Shown: positions 59,002-64,000 of the stretch, in pieces
Layout of the letters: every line of letters begins with the position of its first letter
Numbering within the stretch: position 1 is the stretch's first letter
Notes under the pieces: model-generated
The model's input: the letters and a program-made list of their open reading frames with translations, nothing else
Database searches by the model: none
Told to the model about the DNA's origin: nothing
Program-made: the position numbers and the translations under genes
Assembly: GCA_021785175.1 (NCBI GenBank)
Contig: JAJYGH010000026.1
Coordinates: 67 to 64,066, forward strand
Source of the DNA: Chloroflexota bacterium
Lineage (GTDB): Bacteria; Chloroflexota; Limnocylindria; Limnocylindrales; CSP1-4
Reading direction: 5' to 3'
DNA length: 64,000 nucleotides

Positions 59002-59040
59002 CACTCAGCGTTCCTCTCGTCCCCCAGCCTGCCGAACCGA

Positions 59041-59787
59041 TTACCACACAAGACCGCCGTTCACTCCGATGACCTGCCCGGTGACATACGCCGCGTCCTC
59101 GGAGGCCAAGAACGCAACCAGATTGGCCACGTCGGCGGGATCGCCCGGGCGCCCCATGGGGATGCGGCTGATGACCTGATCCCACACGTCCTTCGGCACG
59201 CCCCGCGTCATCTCGGTGTCTATGAACCCAGGGCAGATGACGTTAGCGGTGACGCCCTTTCTCGCCAGCTCTCGCGCCGCCGTCAGCGTCAGACCGACGA
59301 TGCCTGCCTTCGCAGCGGCATAGTTGGCCTGGCCCAGGCTGCCCAGCCAGCTTGCGGACGAGATGTTGATGATCCGGCCGAAACCGCGCTCACGCATGAT
59401 CTGAGCTGCTCGCCGGGTCGTATGGAAGACGCCCGTCAGGTCCACGGCAAGAACCTGTTGCCATTCGGCATCCTCCATCTTGTGGAGCATCCGGTCGCGG
59501 TTGATGCCGGCGTTGTTGACGAGGATGTCGAGCACTCCGTACGTCTCGACGGCTGCCGTCAGGAGGGCTTCGGCCTCAATCCGCACCGATACATCGCAGC
59601 GAACACCGATCGCGGTATGCCCCGCAGCACCCAGTGATGAGGCGACCTCCACTGCCGTCGCTTCATCGATGTCGCCCACCACGACAGCACTGCCACGGGC
59701 CGCAAGTCCCTCCGCTATGGCTCGGCCGATGCCGCGGCCCGCGCCGGTTACCACAGCTACCCGACCGTGTAGATCCATGTCATGCAC
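59041..59787 (-). CDS. SDR oxidoreductase (acetoacetyl-CoA reductase/FabG-like)
   Basis: 248 aa. TGAGRGIGRA, NNAG, S...YAAAK catalytic tetrad. Confidence 0.85.
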   Translation of the reverse strand: MHDMDLHGRVAVVTGAGRGIGRAIAEGLAARGSAVVVGDIDEATAVEVASSLGAAGHTAIGVRCDVSVRIEAEALLTAAVETYGVLDILVNNAGINRDRMLHKMEDAEWQQVLAVDLTGVFHTTRRAAQIMRERGFGRIINISSASWLGSLGQANYAAAKAGIVGLTLTAARELARKGVTANVICPGFIDTEMTRGVPKDVWDQVISRIPMGRPGDPADVANLVAFLASEDAAYVTGQVIGVNGGLVW

Positions 59788-59863
59788 CTCTCGCCATTGC
59801 CACGCGGGCTGCGCGCCCAGCTGTGTCGGTAGTGCCAGCGATTGCCCTCGCGGGCGGGGACGC

Positions 59864-60307
59864 TCATCCGCTCTGGCCCCGCACCACTCGTGGTGCGAGT
59901 TCGGATTCGCCTGTCAGCACGAGAACGCCATCCTGGTTGTGACACTCCGTGCGGAGGCGCACTCGATTGCGCTCGACATCCACGGCGATGACCTCGACCG
60001 ATGCGGTGATCGTGTCGCCGAAGAAGACCGGCGCGCGGAATTCCAGGGTCTGCCGGATGTAAAGGTTTCCAGGACCCGGAAGCTGGGTGGCCTGCACGGT
60101 GGAGATCAACGACGCCGTCAACATCCCGTGCGCGATGCGGCGTTGGAACCGAGTCCCACGCGCGTACTCGGCGTTGACATGCAAGGGGTTGAGGTCTCCA
60201 GTGACTCCCGCAAACAGGTACACGTCACTCTCGGTCAGCGTCTTCGCCACGGAGGCCTTCTGACCGACGGCAAGTTCCCTGATCGTGAGACCGTCTTGCA
60301 CGTTGAA
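59864..60307 (-). CDS. MaoC-like (R)-specific enoyl-CoA hydratase/dehydratase
   Basis: C-terminal 147 aa of ORF 59864..60979. Hotdog motif (FAGVTGDLNPLHVNAEYA...RRIAHG). GTG start is preceded by GGGAGG 7 nt upstream. Confidence 0.75.
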   Translation of the reverse strand, partial: FNVQDGLTIRELAVGQKASVAKTLTESDVYLFAGVTGDLNPLHVNAEYARGTRFQRRIAHGMLTASLISTVQATQLPGPGNLYIRQTLEFRAPVFFGDTITASVEVIAVDVERNRVRLRTECHNQDGVLVLTGESELAPRVVRGQSG

Positions 60308-60366
60308 CCTCCCTTGCCGCCGTCCTCCTGCCCCGCGTGATGCGATCAGGCACCCGCGTGATGCGA

Positions 60367-62496
60367 TCAGGCAGTTGGCTCGCTCGATGCCTCGTCGGCC
60401 CGCACTACCAGCTTCGCGTCGACCAGGGCGATTCCTGTGGGAGACGCGATGAGCGGGTTCACGTCGAGCGCCAGCACGTCGGGCGCCGCGACGAGGCGTG
60501 AGATGGCACTGACGGACGCCGCGAGCGCGTCGAGGTCTGCCGGGGGAGCGCCGCGCACGCCGCGGAGAAGTAGGGCGAGTCGCGACGACAGCAGCAGCTT
60601 CCGGGCGGCCGCGAGATCGAGCGGAGCCAGGCCGGCAGCGACGTCCCCGATCAACTCGAGCAGGATGCCGCCCGGGCCAGCAAGGATCACCGGTCCGAAC
60701 TGCTCGTCTCGAATGCCGCCGACGAACACCTCTACTCCGCCAGGCGCCATTGGCTGCACCAGTGCGCCGCTTATCGGCATGCCCGCTCGCGCAACGGCGC
60801 CCGTGACGTCGCGCCAAGCCGCCCGTACGGCCGCGTCGTCGCTCACCCCCGTTCTGACGCCGCCGAGCTCCGTCCGGTGCTGAAGACCTGGCCCATCTGC
60901 TTTGATTGCGACTGGGTATCCCAGCGCCTTGGCAAGTTCCACCGCTTCGTCTTCCGTCCGGGCCAGACGGGTTGTCCACACGTCAACGCCCACGTCCTCG
61001 AGGCGCCTCAGAGCGGCCACGCCGCTCAGGGCCACGCCCTCGCCGTTTGGGAGAAGCGGCGGAGTACCAGCGGCGACGTCCCCGGGGTCGTTCTGTGCGA
61101 CGAGCTTGGCGAGTGCGGCAACGCCCGTTCGCAGTCCCGACAGCAGCGGGATCCCCCGCGCTCGCAGGCACTCGCCGGCCTTGCGGTCGACCGCGCCGCT
61201 GCTGGGCGATATCACGACGAGCGGCTTGCCGGCGGCCTGTGCGGCATCCGCCGCCACCTGGACGCACTCGTGGAACAGCGGAGACGCCTGTTCCGCTTCG
61301 GTCCAACCGTTCTTGGCATCCTGACACGCGACGAGGACATCGACGTTGGGATCTTGGGCGACAGTGAAAGCCGCGGCGCCGTGGGCTGCCGAGTTCCCAT
61401 CCACGACGCCCGCCCCCGTCGTATCCAGCGGGTTGGCGACTGAGGCGTACTCGGGGAGCACCTCCCTGAGACGCGTCGACGTGGCCTCCGCGAAAGGCGC
61501 GAGCGGGACGCCGAGCTCCTCGGCGGCGTCGGCGAACAGGAGGCGCTCCCCCCCCGAGATCGTGACGACACCGACCTGGCCGCCGGGCAGCCGGGCTACG
61601 CGGGACGTCAGTTCCATCAGCGCAAGGAACTCCTCCAGATCATCGGCCACGAGCACGCCGTGCTGACGCCACACGCTGAGCTGAACGGAGGCGGAACCAG
61701 CGAGGGACCCGGTGTGAGTCCGGGCGGCCATGCCTCCCACGCGCGAACGGCCCGCCTTGAGTACGACGACCGTCTTTCCGGCCGCTTGCGCAGCGTCCAT
61801 GGCCGACAACAGAACGCGCCCGTCGTGGAATCCCTCCACGTAGCACGCGACTGTGCGAACCTCCGGCACCCCGGACAAGAAGCCGATGTAGTCGGCAAGC
61901 GTGACCCCGATCTGGTTGCCCGTGGTGATCACGTGACTGAACAGCAGGCTGCGTTCCGCCGCCGCTCCGGTGATCGTGCACGCCAGTGCTCCGCTCTGCG
62001 AGATGAGCGCCGTCACGCCAGACGCGGGCGGCTCCATCAGCGGTCCGCTGTATGGCGCAACACGATCGATGAGGTTGACGTAGCCGAGGCAGTTCGGGCC
62101 CATCAGCGCCATCGTCCCGGCCGCCTCGCGCAGGTGCGCCTCGAGCTCGCGGCCGTGCTGACCCGTCTCACCGAAGCCCGCGGCAAGCACGATGCCGGCC
62201 GGGCATCCACGACTCGCGGCCTCGATCAGCCCGTCCATGGTTGCCGTTCGATTGACAGCCGAGATCACCAGATCCGGTGTGGCCGGCAACGCCGAGATGG
62301 ATGGGAACGTTGGGCGCCGCCCCACGACCGGGCGGTTCGGATTGACCAGGAACAAGTCACCGTCGAAGCCGACGGCGTCAAGGTTCGCTACGACCCGCTG
62401 TCCAACCCCGACACGATCGGAGGCTCCGAGCACTGCGATGGACTTGGGCCGAAAGAGAGCCGCCAGATCCGGCCGCGTGGGTTCGCCGAGGTTCAT
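60367..62496 (-). CDS. ADP-forming acyl-CoA synthetase (acetate--CoA ligase, fused alpha/beta, CoA-binding + ATP-grasp)
   Basis: 709 aa. N-terminal CoA-binding (SIAVLGASDR), ligase-CoA, and a C-terminal ATP-grasp (YPVAIKADGPGLQHRTELGGVRTG). Confidence 0.85.
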   Translation of the reverse strand: MNLGEPTRPDLAALFRPKSIAVLGASDRVGVGQRVVANLDAVGFDGDLFLVNPNRPVVGRRPTFPSISALPATPDLVISAVNRTATMDGLIEAASRGCPAGIVLAAGFGETGQHGRELEAHLREAAGTMALMGPNCLGYVNLIDRVAPYSGPLMEPPASGVTALISQSGALACTITGAAAERSLLFSHVITTGNQIGVTLADYIGFLSGVPEVRTVACYVEGFHDGRVLLSAMDAAQAAGKTVVVLKAGRSRVGGMAARTHTGSLAGSASVQLSVWRQHGVLVADDLEEFLALMELTSRVARLPGGQVGVVTISGGERLLFADAAEELGVPLAPFAEATSTRLREVLPEYASVANPLDTTGAGVVDGNSAAHGAAAFTVAQDPNVDVLVACQDAKNGWTEAEQASPLFHECVQVAADAAQAAGKPLVVISPSSGAVDRKAGECLRARGIPLLSGLRTGVAALAKLVAQNDPGDVAAGTPPLLPNGEGVALSGVAALRRLEDVGVDVWTTRLARTEDEAVELAKALGYPVAIKADGPGLQHRTELGGVRTGVSDDAAVRAAWRDVTGAVARAGMPISGALVQPMAPGGVEVFVGGIRDEQFGPVILAGPGGILLELIGDVAAGLAPLDLAAARKLLLSSRLALLLRGVRGAPPADLDALAASVSAISRLVAAPDVLALDVNPLIASPTGIALVDAKLVVRADEASSEPTA

Positions 62497-63233
62497 GCGA
62501 TGACCATGCCGCCGTCGACCTGCACCACTTGGCCAGTTACGAACCCGGCATCGGCCGAAAGCAGGTAGCTGACCATCGATGCGACCTCGTGGGCCTGACC
62601 GTATCGTCCGGCCGGGATCGCACGCAGCGCACTTGCCCTCACCTCAGCGGTATCGGACGCTGTCATGGACGTCTCGATCAGGCCCGGCGCGATCGCGTTG
62701 ACAGTTATCCCAGCCGCGGCAACCTCGCGTGCGAGGCTGCGGGTGACGCCGACGAGGGCGGCCTTCGCGGCGCAGTAGTGGGAGTAGCCGATCGAGCCCG
62801 ACAGGGCGCAGTACGAAGCGATGTTCACAATCCTGCCGTACTTGGCCGCAAGCATGGACGGCAGGACGGCCTGCATGCACCGGACGCTGCCCAGAAGGTG
62901 CACGTCGAGCATGTGCTGGAAGTCATCCACGGAAAGCGAGACGAACCGAGTGGGCGGGCTGCCGATCCCGGCGTTGTTGACGAGTCCGCGAATCCTCCCC
63001 CGCGTTTCGACGTCCTCGACAATGGACTGTGCGAAGCCAGGAGCCGTGATGTCGCCGACATACGCCCTGGCCCAGCCACCGCGATCGGTGATCTCCCGGA
63101 TCGTGTCGTGAAGTTCGGCCTCGGCGAGATCGCAGATGGCCAGATCCCAGCCGGCCTCGGAAAGAGCGAGGGCGTCTTCGCGACCCATACCCCGTGCGCC
63201 GCCAGTTACGAGCGCCACTGGTCGCTCGCTCAC
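62493..63233 (-). CDS. SDR family oxidoreductase
   Basis: 246 aa. VTGGARGMG, NNAG, Y..AAK. GTG start overlaps the permease stop as GTGA. Its stop overlaps the synthetase start as ATGA. Confidence 0.85.
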   Translation of the reverse strand: MSERPVALVTGGARGMGREDALALSEAGWDLAICDLAEAELHDTIREITDRGGWARAYVGDITAPGFAQSIVEDVETRGRIRGLVNNAGIGSPPTRFVSLSVDDFQHMLDVHLLGSVRCMQAVLPSMLAAKYGRIVNIASYCALSGSIGYSHYCAAKAALVGVTRSLAREVAAAGITVNAIAPGLIETSMTASDTAEVRASALRAIPAGRYGQAHEVASMVSYLLSADAGFVTGQVVQVDGGMVIA

Positions 63234-63949
63234 CGTTTACCTCCTGTCGCCATCTCTGCGGACGCCTGCCAAGGCACCACGAACCGCTCCACCACTGCCA
63301 CCAGCGCGAACACACAGAGCACCAGTGCGGAGGAGACCACCAGCGTCGCCCACAACATGGGCGCGTTGAACTCGTAGGTCGAGTTGATCACCATGAAGCC
63401 GAGCCCCTCTTGCGCTCCGACCCACTCGGCGATGATTGCGCCGATGACGCTCGAGGTCGCCGTCACCCGCAGGCCCAGAAAGATGTACGGCAGAGCGTTC
63501 GGGAAGCGCAGCTTGACGTAGATGTCCCGCCGCGAGGCATTCACGCTCTGGAAGAGCTCGATGAGGGGCCGCTCCACCGCGTCGAGGCCGCGTGTCGCGT
63601 TGACGAGCGTGGGGAAGAATGAGATGAGGGTTGTCATGGCGACCTTCGACGAGAATCCCGTTCCCATCGCCACCACGAACACCGGTGCAAGGGCAACCAT
63701 TGGGATGCTCTGGATCACGATGGCCAGGGGATAGAGCGCCTGTCGGGCAGTGCGCACATGAACGAACCACGTCGCCAGCACAACCGCGATCAGGTTGCCT
63801 AGGATGAACCCGGCAGCGGCCTCCTCGACCGTCGGGATCGTGTTGGTAAGCAGCATCGCCCGGTACGTCCACAGGGCTTGACCAATCACGATCGGCGACG
63901 GGATCAGAAACTTTGGGATCTCGAAGACAACCGTCCCAATCTGCCACAA
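63230..63949 (-). CDS. ABC transporter permease (NitT/TauT-type), possibly 5'-truncated by my start choice
   Basis: ORF 63230..63949. EAA-loop-like region ALPYIFLGLRVTATSSVIGAIIAEW, 6 TM. Confidence 0.7.
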   Translation of the reverse strand: MWQIGTVVFEIPKFLIPSPIVIGQALWTYRAMLLTNTIPTVEEAAAGFILGNLIAVVLATWFVHVRTARQALYPLAIVIQSIPMVALAPVFVVAMGTGFSSKVAMTTLISFFPTLVNATRGLDAVERPLIELFQSVNASRRDIYVKLRFPNALPYIFLGLRVTATSSVIGAIIAEWVGAQEGLGFMVINSTYEFNAPMLWATLVVSSALVLCVFALVAVVERFVVPWQASAEMATGGKR

Positions 63950-64000
63950 GACCAGGATTCCGATGACAACGACCCACCGAAGCCACTGATCACTGAGCAG

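Overview
This window is 64 kb of very high-GC (about 70-73%) bacterial chromosome. Its gene content and the very frequent 4-nt start/stop overlaps (GTGA/ATGA) look like Actinomycetota; this is a guess, not an assignment. I could support roughly 60 protein-coding genes. I saw no rRNA, tRNA, IS/transposase, integrase, phage genes or CRISPR array, so this is core-like rather than a mobile island. Because of the high GC there are very many long ORFs antisense to the real genes; these are listed under rejected items.

Major blocks, in order:
- 0.2-7 kb: housekeeping and miscellaneous genes: a MutY/Nth-like glycosylase, DUF1684, the DUF1634-TauE pair, a PaaI thioesterase, an ICMT-like methyltransferase and an M20 amidohydrolase.
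- 6.8-19.5 kb: a large minus-strand nucleoside uptake and catabolism operon. Order of transcription: LacI regulator, ribokinase, BMP-type substrate-binding protein, two-domain ABC ATPase, two permeases, nucleoside hydrolases #4, #3 and #2, adenine deaminase, nucleoside hydrolase #1. An 18-bp perfect palindrome that may be the LacI operator sits in the promoter region. A convergent psuG/PfkB (pseudouridine-type) pair lies next to it.
- 22.3-24.9 kb: a SIS-domain protein followed by a GH3 NagZ-like hexosaminidase.
- 24.9-32.3 kb: an atypical Clp-like AAA+ ATPase with a degenerate first nucleotide-binding domain, an ECF sigma/anti-sigma pair, and three translationally coupled genes: a ParB-like nuclease-domain protein, a metallophosphoesterase and an MFS transporter.
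- 34.4-43.4 kb: a rearranged K+ uptake locus. It reads: KdpD kinase half (TM-GAF-HK), kdpE, a small ORF, an orphan CheY-like receiver, a KdpF-like peptide, kdpF, kdpA, kdpB, kdpC, then the KdpD N-terminal sensor/USP half as a separate gene.
- 45.9-54.4 kb: a stress/redox cluster: MarR-MFS, aldo-keto reductase, pirin, MarR-FMN reductase, DyP peroxidase, YihY.
- 55.6-64 kb: a minus-strand 8-gene acyl-CoA/acid operon: ABC permease, SDR, ADP-forming acyl-CoA synthetase, MaoC dehydratase, SDR, thiolase, phosphate acyltransferase, acetate/butyrate-family kinase.

I found no classic defence island. The best candidates for an undescribed system are:
- the split KdpD together with the tandem kdpF-like peptides and the orphan receiver that is translationally coupled to the head of kdpFABC;
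- the ParB-like/metallophosphoesterase/MFS coupled triplet;
- the Clp-like ATPase beside the ECF sigma/anti-sigma pair;
- the four-paralog nucleoside hydrolase array around adenine deaminase.

All functional calls come from reading motifs in the translated ORFs by eye; no database search was run.
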